From Trichoplax adhaerens (lineage: Eukaryota > Animalia > Placozoa), in assembly GCF_000150275.1 (NCBI RefSeq), contig NW_002060944.1, positions 127,614 through 191,613 on the forward strand: DNA of 64,000 nt. Direction: 5' to 3'. Below the pieces are notes generated by a model, which worked only from the letters and a program-made list of their open reading frames with translations, was not told the DNA's origin and did no database searches. Below, piece by piece: positions 25,742 to 37,600 of this stretch (position 1 is the first letter of the stretch; the number at the start of each line of letters is the position of its first letter). The position numbers were made by a program, and so were the translations under genes.

Positions 25742-28700
25742 ATGGGCGGTCGATGCACAAAACTTACTCATGGCCAACGAGTAAGGTCTCTTTATAATCA
25801 GGGTCAGGATAGTCTTAAATCGCGAAATGTATCGGAAGCTCTAAACCATTATGAACTAGCTTTAGAACAAATTCAATCATCCTCTCGGATTACTCCTGAG
25901 TTCAATAAACTTCAATACAACATTTATCTTGATATTTGCTACATTTACATAAATAATGGAGATTTTTCTAAAGCTAATGATTGCTGTCAAGCAGCAGAAA
26001 AGCTGGCTGATAAACCGAGCAAATTGTCTGAAATTACTTGTTGTTTGGAGATGATAAGCCAACGCAAAATTGCGCATAATGATTGGAATGGGGCATTAAA
26101 TGATTACCAAAAATTGTTGGAAATAAAGCTAAATTCGTTAAAGTGCAATGATGAAGATGTCGCTAGCTTATACGATAATATTGGAAAGATCTATTGCGTT
26201 CTACGCAAATTTGATGAGTCACTTACTATGTATGATAAGCTACAGAAGATTTACTCAGTAAGATCTGCAGATGAAAATTTTGATGTAGCTAGAGCGCTTT
26301 TGTGTCAAAACATAGGGATTGTTTATTATCATCAAGTCAAATACGAAAAGTCGCTCTCTATGCATAAAGAATCGCTTCAGATTTACTTACGAAGACATGA
26401 TGAAAATGATCTTAAAGTTGCTACTTTTTATAATAACATTGGAGCTGTCTACTGTAGTAAAGGAAAATACAATGATTCACTTTCTGCATACGGAAAATCG
26501 CTCGAAATTTATTTGAAAGTAAAAGGTGATAATAATCTCCACGTTGCCAAGCTTTATAACAATATGGGATTTGTCTATTACTATCAAGGCAAATACGTAG
26601 ATTCGCATTCGATGTACGAAAAGTCCTTAAACATTTTTAAAGCAAGAGTTGGTCTAAATCATCTTTATGTCGCTACGCTCCATAATGACTTTGGAGCGCT
26701 CTATTACGATCAAGGCAAATATATTAAATCATATAATATGTACGATAAGGCTCTTAAAAGTCTTATGAAGCTACACGGTGATCATGAACTTGATATCGCA
26801 GTCTCATATCAAGGTCTAGCTTCTGTCTCTAGTGATCTAGGCAAATGGAATGAGTCCTTTTCTATGTGCGAGAAGTCACTTAACATTTACTTAGAAAAAC
26901 TTAGTGATAAGCATCCTAACCTTGCCAAAGTGTATATTATCCTGGGAAACATCTATCATGATCACGGTAATTATCTCCAAGCTCTTAATATGTATCAAAA
27001 GTCACTTCAGATTTATAGGCTTGTTTATGATTACGATCATCCTAATATTGCCACAGTCTACAAGAAAATTGCGACTATTTATTACCAGCAAGAGAAATAT
27101 GATAATGCATTCTTTGAACTTACGGCAGCACTCAAAATTTACCAGCAAATGCTTGATAAGGATCATCCTCTTATTGCTGATTTGCATAACGAAATAGGTA
27201 GAATCTACGCTAAACAAGGAAAATTCGATGATGCTATATCTGTATGTCGAAAGTCCCTCCAGATAATATTAAATCAAATGGGTAAAAAGCATAAATATGC
27301 TGCTAAAACATTCGAATATTTAGCAATCGCTTACTATACCACCTCCCAATATGACAAAGCCTTACCAAAGTATGAAAAAGCTGTTAGTATTTTATTTGAT
27401 CTATTTGGAGAAAATCATCCTGAAATTTCTAGATTATACAAGGACATCGCTAATTGTTATGAACAACTCCATCAAAATGATAATGCAACTGTTTGGCGTA
27501 ACAAATCAGATCTAATTAGAAGTCAAACACAATCTGATAATATAGTGGATGAATGTCTTAGCCACTCAGCACCATCACACGGTATGACAATATTTTATTT
27601 GTATTAGTCGATAAGAAATTCTATACATAATTAGTTTAGACTTATAGCAAAATCACTTTCTTCAACTAATGCTTATCTTATTTTCATCAGATAATATGTT
27701 TTAGTATTTGCTAAAAATACGGCTATCTATAACATTATACATTCTTTCACAGATAAATGTATAGTTTATAATATTATCCAAGTCATTTATGTGCTGATAA
27801 CTAATGTTTACGTAAATTGACTATAAACTTACAGGTATTTTGAAAAGTTTAGGTTTAATTTTGTCTAGTAGAGACTAGTTAAATTATTGTTCCTCCTAAC
27901 GATAGGAAATCGTCAGTAGTTAGGGTGATACTGAGAATAGATGTCGGAGATGATAAACTTGACATTTAATGGGCACTTCTGTAGTTGTCTATAATCGTTT
28001 AGCAAGTTATCATTACAACTTTAAATTTGTAACAAGACTAAGTCTATACGATATTAATTTTCGGTTTCATTTTTTGTGGCACAAGCAAAAGTAGATTAAT
28101 TTGTTGTCGGTTTGATATCTTCTTAGTGCTAGAACTTTAGTAATTTTTGAGAAATTACGTAGAATGGAGCTAGTATTAATTTGATAGGTATACTGTACCA
28201 TATAAAATATAAATTGTGAAATACATAGATTAAGAAAGCTTTCAACTTTTAAATGAGTAAGTGTTGTTTCGCTGCGATTATTACCCGATTTATAGAAAAT
28301 GTAATGTCTGATCAAAATTACAAAGATAATTTGCCTAAAGTAGAATATACAGAAGAAGAAAAAAAGTATATTGAAAAATTGAATGGTTTGTATTAAGGAA
28401 AAATGTGTTATTTAATACGTTAATATTTCTCTAGAAATTTAAGGATTATCCCTTTCATAGATAGATGGAATCCATAATGACATGTTTATTTAGAGCTTTA
28501 TAATTAGTACAGCAGTTTTAGACATTTGCTAACATACAATAACACGTAGGTAGTGTAATAATGAAATTGAAACTTTACTTTTTTCCTATAATCTACCCTA
28601 TAGAAAACTGTTACTTTGTGATCGCATCTTCCATTGGAAAAGAATGGCAAAGATTAGCTAAGGAACTGGGGCTGCCAGACGATGAAATTAAATCTCTTCA

Positions 28701-29094
28701 ACAACAAGGCCGAAACAAAGGCGGTTATTCGACTCTGGCTGTGGACATGTTAAAATATTGGCAGAAGAGAAATTTAGCATCGAATGATCTAACGATGTTA
28801 ATAGCTGGTCTTGATCATTTAGGCCAAAATAGCTTAATCGATAGTCTAAAGAAGATACTGATTCAAAATCAGTCGCACCAGTTCTTATCCAAATATATCA
28901 AAACAATTTTACAAAGTAAAAGATTGAAAATTTAAATTTATCGTCACTTACTCTTTAGCGGTATTTACCAATAAATTTCAAAGTGCGAAAATCGAGTGAT
29001 AGATTTAGCTACTAAAATGGCAAGAAAATATTATTAGTCTATTCATTTTTTAACATCAATCATTCATATTTATTTTACAGAGTCATTTGGCTAG
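25742..29094 (+). CDS. Gene C: TPR(~11 x 42 aa)-death-domain protein with N-terminal MGGRCTK acylation-like motif; ~751 aa
   Basis: Exons 25742-27581 (1840 nt, same length as gene A exon 1), 28296-28385, 28604-28915 (312-nt DD exon, same length as B DD1: IGKEWQRLAKELGL...MLKYW), then 29081-29094 (KSFG*). All phase 1. The terminal exon is less certain. No Roc-COR was seen downstream. Confidence 0.85.
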
Positions 29095-31510
29095 ATAATT
29101 TTACCGATTATAACCTGATGTAATACAATTGTTAACTATTCTTTAATCAGGAGGGATATATCTTTTTACAAGGTAATTATCCATATTAAGATAGAACTTA
29201 AAAATAAGCCTTTAATACCAATTTTAAAAATAGTATAGTAATTATGAACTGCTAAATAAGGATCAAAGAGAGGAATTTCCAGCTTAAATAAAACAGAGGC
29301 TTCTATCTGTAGCTCTTAAATTAAATTTTTGTCTATTTACGGTATTAAAGTCAAATACATATAATTAATAAGATAAATCCACGGAATACTGTTTCTTTAA
29401 TGGATAATCCATCTATTTTCGTGTACAAATATATTTACTTTAAGAAGTGATTTTTCATTCAATTGATAATTTACAATTTATTAAATATCCATCATCGCAA
29501 GGTGACTTGGCATGTTAAACCGATTAAATAGTATAAAATATTAGCAATTTCACGTACTTTAGTGATTTTTGAGCCATGTTAGGCTCTATATATACTTTTG
29601 TACCGGTAATGCTTACAGCCTCCTAAATTGTTACTTTAGAGATTAACAGCTGACATGTTAGCAATCCTAAATTTAGAATTAGACAGATCAAAATTAGTAA
29701 TTGCCAACTAGTTTAAATAGATTGTATCTATCATCTCGAAGAAAATTACGATCGAAGGTACAATTTCTAAGTTTAGCTGAAATATCTTAGTAATACAAAC
29801 TGACTGGCACTTCAAATTATATAAGTGTAGAATGGAAAATACTCTCTTACGGCTTGCTGAAAGCTAGGGCTACACCAAGTTCGTAACAGTACTATAGCTA
29901 TTAGGCATCGTTGACTAAATGCTAATAAAGTATACCATTAGAACTGCTAGGCATAACTTTTATTTCATGCCAGATATCACCAATCAGATTTATAATAACT
30001 TGTCAGATCTGTTCTAACAGCAAAGAAGCTAGTATACATAAGGCACTATATATCGTAGATTCTATGTATTCTTTTCTTTGTTATGATTTTCGATATCAGT
30101 TTTACAGATAATTTCATAATTTTCCTTACACTAGAATCATAAGAAATTATTTCTCCTTCTTTTTTAGTTTATGGTCTGTTTCAATATTGTCGAAGTACAA
30201 GGCTTACATTTTCCCAATCTGATGTACTAGCTTATAACATTTTATGGTATTCGAACTGTATTTTTGTCTACCTGGTTCCTTGGTCGACCTAAGCATATTA
30301 AATAGCCAATTAAGAATTTTGATAATCATTTCTTGGCAACCTTTCGATCCTACGGAGTGCAACGTCGCCTTTATCATGTAACTTTATGTTCCAGAGCTTG
30401 ATGTTGCTCAAATTTATTGCAATTTGATACGCAAGATACTAAATTACATATAGAAATTTTTGAATGTGCAGTTAGTGAACATTGCACGTTTTATACGAAA
30501 AAGTAAAGTACACTACGAAACTACTTTAAAATATGGGCGATAATGTTCGGCTATACCGGTTGTATATACAAGTGTCATATAGATATTTCTATGTGAAGTA
30601 ATAGGTTCCTACATTTTGTGAAGAAATGCCCGGCTACGCCAGGTTTACTTTGTCCAGTAATTTCATAAAGTAAGGTAAAATTATATAAGATTTCTGCAAG
30701 TTCATATTTGAGTCGTTTCTGGGATATGCTTCTATGGAAATTTGCAGCTATTAGAATGTGTTTTGGTTACTTTTGATTAAAACTGTAATACGGCTAATTC
30801 ATTATTGCTCATGATCAAGGACATCGGGACTTTACGTCCCGACATATAGAATATCAATTGAGAGTATATAGGTTCCGAATCGACTTAGTTGGATGTTGGT
30901 ACGAAATGGCCAAATAAAGGCGTTTTTCATGAGAAAGCGAGATAGAAAATTAGTTAGTTGAATCGGCTAGTAAAATAAAGATAGTGCTCTAGTTATCTTT
31001 CATCAGAAAGTACCGCATCAGTAAAATATTAGATCCATTCTTATCAATGCTATAGGGTTGTTTCCAGAGAAGAATTTAAGAAGCACACTATATAAATACA
31101 TATGACTGATTTATTATTTTAAAAAAAATCGGTCACTTATAAATTAGTGCCAATATAATAGCCTTAATTTCAAAGTAATAATTGCTGTCAATTAGATTTA
31201 AATTACTTACCTACATTTATGATAGTTGCAGAATCTATAAAATGATATTATTATGCAAATATCTGCTAAGAACTGATATACCTCAAATGGTAACAGAAGG
31301 AATTGGCCATTCCTGAATCTACTGTACCTATGTATTATACAGTTGAAATGGTAAATTTTACGACTCTAATTATTGCTTGTAGGGGGACAGAAAATAAATC
31401 TTACGTCTTTGAGCTGATATTAAATGGTTAAAATTACTTTGCTCGTAACTAAATTCTACTTAATGGTCTTCAGTGACTAGTAATTATTATAAAATGGACT
31501 TCTATCCCGG

Positions 31511-34500
31511 TTACATCGTTACGTTTTCTTTTTCTTTTTCTTCTGTTAATGGATAGCCATTATTCCTTTTAGACCTCTTGAAATGCAGTAAAACACCGAC
31601 AATAAAGACTACTACGATGGCAACAGCTGATGTCACGATTGCTGCAATCGCGCCTCCTAAAAATATCATAAAGGAACAAAATAAGTTTACTTCTAGCATT
31701 TTTAAGGCCACTATTTTGGCATTTAAAATCGGTGCTTATTAATAAATCATCTCACTTCCATATTACATATTAAATTTAGATGATGAAAATTTACCTGTTA
31801 GCCCTCCACTTCCAATCGCTTGCTTGGTAGATGTTCCTTGCATAGTTGACATGCCTTAATTAATTTAAAAGCCGAAAAGGAGTGAAGAAAATCGTATATT
31901 ATACTTAGTTCAAAAGAAAATGTGTTATAACGCTCGATGCAGCTACATAAAATATCTTGCACTTAAGATTTCTCAATTAAGCGATAAATTATACCAGAGT
32001 ATGGGCTGCTACTACCATGTCCTGATGTCGATGATGTTGTTGCAACTTCGTCTAAATTGAAATGTGATGGTAAATGGTAACTTAATTCTTGTTCACAATC
32101 AGCATGGTTAGCTGTTGTAAGTTTCGATACTGTTCATGCATCGATTATTTTAAAGCTATAGCCATCAATGGCTGATTGATAATAAATGAATTTTAAACTA
32201 TTCACTGAGCTATTTAAAAAGCTTTTTTATTTACAATCTACGGTATTAAATTGCGAACTGGAAAGTGATTTAATAGCTTGTATTTCTAAATATTTAGACG
32301 TGTTAAACCTATTTATTCATAGGAATAAGTAATCTATTTTACCTTTATCAATGCTAGCTAACGGTGCATACATGATAATGCTGTAAAGGATTGACTAATA
32401 TTGTATTTATAATGTCAGCTTTGCAATACCTCCACATACGGCAGTGTTAACCCTAATAACTTGATTATTGACCAGGTTGAATGATTGCAAAGGTATTGGG
32501 AATAATAAATTAAATTTTGGTACGATACCAGCCTGGAATATTATGTAAATAAATGAATACATTAAGAAAATAACATTTTAAAGGAAGGTGTGAATTTGCC
32601 TGTTCTAGCATTAAAATTTTAATACATGACGCAGATCTATACTTTAGTAACATCCTTGTAAATAAGATTTTTATCTAACTTGAAGTTGAACTGTTCTTAA
32701 TGAAATTAATGACTTGGACAACTAATTTTCAGGCTTTTGATGTACATAGGTAGTATACTTACTAGGATAGGAGTAGAAAGTAAGAAAAACTGTAAGACTA
32801 CTATAACATATTTATGAAATCAGGAAGTATGCAGCCAAACGGTTTACTTATCTTTGTCACTGCGCATTTTTATATTTCACTGCTAATTTTTAGATATGAT
32901 AGTCTAAGAGACCAACAATATGTTACCATTTCTAGGGCTTAATGTATTGTAAACTGCAGCTATTTTAGTTATGAATAGTGTCATTTAGCTAGTAATACTG
33001 CGAATGAATCACCAATTTTATATTTTCTTAGGTGCTGGAACGAATTGACGGCAAATTATCTTATATTGGTTATTAATTAATTACGTACCGTAACCGTCAC
33101 TTTTCCGGGAGAGCGAACCATATTAATTTTACCATACAATTTTACAGGAACAGTGATATTAGTGTTTGGCACGTTAAAGGTAAATTGAGTGAGATAAAAC
33201 TCCTCTGCATGGCGTATCTTCTGACTGAATGTAATGTTTTCAGATGGATAATTTGCCTATAAAGGAATTAGCAAATGATAGATCAAATTATGAATCTTGG
33301 CTAGAAATAGTTTTAAGCCTTAATTCCAAGTAATAATTTTAGAATACACCATATATAAAAGAGATGGTTGTAGTATGATTAATACGAATAGCAGAGGATA
33401 CTAAAACGACGTTTGCCTGTTGAAATAGCAAGAGAATGAGTGAATTGCTCATTAACAATTTTAATGGTTTACTGCCCGACGCTTTATAATAATTCAGCTA
33501 AGTTTATATGATTCAAAGATCTTTTTGATCGCTAAGATGCACTCACTTTTAAACTGTCCATAAAAGCAGGTTTTAAATTATTTTGTTATAGAATTCTTAC
33601 TGTATAACTTTTCAAGCTCATATTTCTAAGTACGTCTAAGTAATCTATTAGCAATCACTGCTCTGGAATCAAATACTGGAAGAAAGGCATGACCTAATTA
33701 AAAATTATTTCTATAGAATAGTATCTTCTTTAAAATTTTTTATGAAATGCCGCCCAAAATTTAATTGCATTATCTACAACAATAATATCCGCCCTAAAAT
33801 TATTTATCGACACTATTATTACATTGTATCACCTTCTAAAGTAGCTACATAGCTGCAGTACGCGCATTTAATTATTTTATCTAACAGTTCTAACTCATTC
33901 AGGTATTTTTTTGAAATAGTAATTATTACTGGAAGTTTCCTTGTTTGATGTAATATAAAATTGACGAGATGATAGCTTCTACGAAACTCTGAGCATATCT
34001 CTGAAGATCATAGCCATAAATGGATAAGAATACTATCACACAGAATCGCTGTTTCATACGAAATATTGATTACTAAAAGCCCACAATCGAGATATTATTC
34101 ATTAAGCGAATACATTCGCGAGTTTTAGTACTTCATCTTTCACGCACTATTGAATTGGTTGGAAGACGCTCTCCTACTATCTTGACAGCATATTTGTAGA
34201 GCGATACATAATATGTAGTAGAGAAGGAACATGCTATCTTATCCTAACGATAATAATGGATTACTTACAGGATTACTAGCTGAAAAATATTTTACAATAA
34301 TGTAAGATCAGTTAAAATATCGTTAGTAGCTTGATAAGGAATATGCCAATCTAAAAATCATCGAAAATCATCTACACAATTTACCGAAATGTAGGCCGTT
34401 ATTGGCTTTGCGCAGTAACTCATATCGAAAGAGAATTGAATTTGTCTGCCATAAACTTTTCCGCTACAGTTAAATCCAGTACAATTAGAAAATTCATAGC

Positions 34501-34632
34501 ATTTTAGAGTGTTAGGTTTTGTCGGATCAAGTCCTGGAATTGGTATTAAGGACAAGGGTATCCGATCAAAGTTTTGCTTTAGATTATTGATGAGATCTGA
34601 AAGGCTCTGGCATTCAGGATTATTAGTAGGCG
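31511..34632 (-). CDS. Uncharacterised single-pass (type I-like) membrane glycoprotein; 5' exon(s) not located
   Basis: Exons (-): 34632-34385, 33256-33089, 32532-32430, 32051-31995, 31854-31795, 31656-31511, joined in frame by GT-AG introns. Product: Cys-containing ectodomain with sequons NCT, NCS, NIT x2; S/T/G-rich stalk; TM AIAAIVTSAVAIVVVFIVGVLL; basic stop-transfer KRSKR; short tail. Confidence 0.8.
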
Positions 34633-37600
34633 CTATATAAAAGAAAACGAAACATGTTCATTTTAAATTTTATGTATAGAATTTCACTAAATTTAAGAAA
34701 AATTTCAAAAAAATGAATGCAATACTAAGAGGATATCGCAGCTTTGGGTAATTGTTGCACAGCGTATAGCTACTTTCGTTTCTTACTAATCTAAGCGATA
34801 TAGTAAACTAAAAATCAGCTGCTGCGTGTTTGTCAATTTATCAGTATGTATTCATTAGTCACCGTTGAAATAAATCATCTATTATGGGGCACCTAATGAA
34901 CTCTGCATACTATATATTTAAGTAAACTGCAACAGGTTACATATTCACTATAAAAATACTAGAATGAGAGAACCTCCTGTACTTCTTGCTTGAAGTACAC
35001 AGTAGATTATTTAAAGATTTCAAGTGCTTTAATGTAATTAATGGCAGATGCGAATATCGAACCATTGTTTCTTAGAATCAGAAAAGAACTAATTGTTATT
35101 TCATGCTACGAGTAAATCAGTATTTCCAATGTAGCTATTATTAAATTTTAATTTTATCCATAATACTTTATTATAATATACTTAAATTATTTAAATTATT
35201 GCAAAAGACTTCAACATATCCAATGAACTCATTTTATTAAGCAAAGGTTTATAAATGGAAAAAAATTCGAGTATCGAAGAGCACGCACAAGTATTTAGAC
35301 TGAGATAAAGTTGAAGAACGAATTAAAGTGCCGTCTGCTTCACGTAAGTCCAACAATAAAAATGATTAAAAAAGTAGTTAAAAATCCGCCATATTTGCCA
35401 AGATCTATAGATGCATTGCATTATTACCAGGTTTAAGGTAGAAAAATGTCGGAACTGAGTAAAACATGGAAACTGGACGGTGAAGTAGATCGCTTCATAA
35501 GTTAAAGTTTACACCATCTGGCATTGGAACTGCATCATTTTCAAATTGTTAATTGTAAAATAAGAAAGTGGAAAACATATAGTGGATGATAGAGATGGGC
35601 TATTACTGCTAGGGTTCATTGAAAGAGTACTAGAATTTAATGTTAGGATACGTGATAAAGGATTTATGTTTACAATAATCCGTTATAATCATAATTACCC
35701 TGTAGCATGATATAACAGGAGAAATTAGGAATCTCGTTTTGATTAATATCATGATAGGTTTGTTGTACTTTAGTTATGTATTGGCAAATTAACTTCATAA
35801 ATGAAGTATTCCGATTAGTTCTCCTAGAAATACGACTTCGAATCAGTATGAACTAAATTGATTTTATTTCTATCTTAAAACTTTCTTCCAAGCATAAAAT
35901 TCTGACGACAATTCTAACTGACTACCTTTCTTAGCCTAATAACTAACTTCGGTAGCTGTAGATGTGTAGAGATTTATATAATTTTCTATAGCTTATGCCA
36001 ACCAGAGTTAAGTTCATTCGATTCGGTAAGCAAAACATAAAAACTTAGACGGAATTAACTTGCTACTCTTATGCGTCTGTGCAAGCGCTCTAACATTCAT
36101 CAACACTGCATTTGAAGTAAAAATCAAGTCTAATTTGCCTTGAAGATTATGTGCAGTAATTTTATTAGTTTTATCTGCAAGAACATGATTTCTCACTCTA
36201 TAACTCTGTAATGTAACTTAGTATTGTGATTGTAGACTGTTAGCCATGTGTAGTATAATGTACGGTAGATATTTATCCTAAGAGATATTTGGTAGCTGTA
36301 ACTATAGACTGTAGTGGTAGAGACTCTATGCTAGAGTACAGATGACCATATACAGTAAGCTGTTGAGTTACTAATATGGCTATAGGTAGAAATAGAACTG
36401 TAAATCATATATTAGGATATGGTTAATTCATTGTACTTTGGCTGGTGTGAATAATGTCTACGTAAGTACTGTAGTCGTATCCATATTGGATTAATGATGG
36501 TCCGCAGTAGAATAGTCTTACTAAGAATAATTTAACTATGTGTAAAATAAGGTAAAAGGTTGCCATGCGGATTGTAGCTGCGAATGCTACGAAAAGTATA
36601 AAAGCATGCAACTTTAGATTATTCTGTTAGTTCGTTGTAGAAGTCTTTAGAAGTAGTATTCGGCTAGAGTAGAGCTGTGTAGTTAATCTTTGTATAAGAT
36701 TCAATAAAGCCCTTATTTTTCTAAAATTTGGAATTTCGTGATTGGTATATATCACAAACTCTAATTTAGCGGCAGCGGAGCCAGCCGTAACAGAATAGAT
36801 TTACATTCGATTATAATAATAATCACTCGTTATTACAATTGTACCAGCACGTACGAGGCATCATAAATATTTTGATTATGGACTTTAACGGCTGTTCTTA
36901 AAATATGATAAAATGGTCATTGCTACGATACTACAGCTATTAGTGTTTGACTTTATTTACTACTGAAACATATTAGAATGTGTCCATGTACAAATAATTT
37001 ACACTCGTCTTATGAACTTTCGTAGATCAAGTACATAATATAAACTCTATTACATAGTTTTGAAAATTTTCTTGGATTTCAGGATTTTTCTATTGTAATA
37101 CTTCATACTTTTTTGAGGAGCGGAAGTAATTAAGTGGAGTATACTTAAGCGTTCTGCTATTCTACTATACAACTTATTTAATTGTTAAAAGAAAAAATAT
37201 TCATTCTAGAGTATGTCACAGTTATAGTCCACGAAATCTTAGCTATATAATATTATACTATTAAGAATCTATTTCATCGACGACTGTACACCATAAATAC
37301 TATCTGCAATCCTATTCTAAATGAATAAAATTAGACTAATAGAGTACTATAGAATGGCACTTTATCCAACTATGGCACGTAATAGTAATTTTCTTAGATA
37401 ATTTAGCCCATTTAAGCAGGTAAAATAAAATAGTAATATTACACTACATTAAATGTTTTATTTCTCAACAAATATGGTGCATCTCAAACAATTTTTAATT
37501 AAAAAGAACAGACCAAAAGAAGATGACAATTATCAGACGTGTACGAAAGCTTTCTTTTTATATCCACTTAAATCTCTTTCAAATTTAAACGACTATTCAG

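Noticed and set aside
6543-27217. Antisense or alternate-frame ORFs overlapping TPR and Roc-COR exons
   Set aside because: Shadow ORFs of real coding exons.
32343-32380. Extra micro-exon in the membrane-protein gene
   Set aside because: It gives an in-frame TAG and needs an intron of only ~49 nt.
35340-36623. Hydrophobic stretches as first exon or signal peptide of the membrane protein
   Set aside because: No candidate combines a convincing start with a consensus phase-1 donor; left unresolved.
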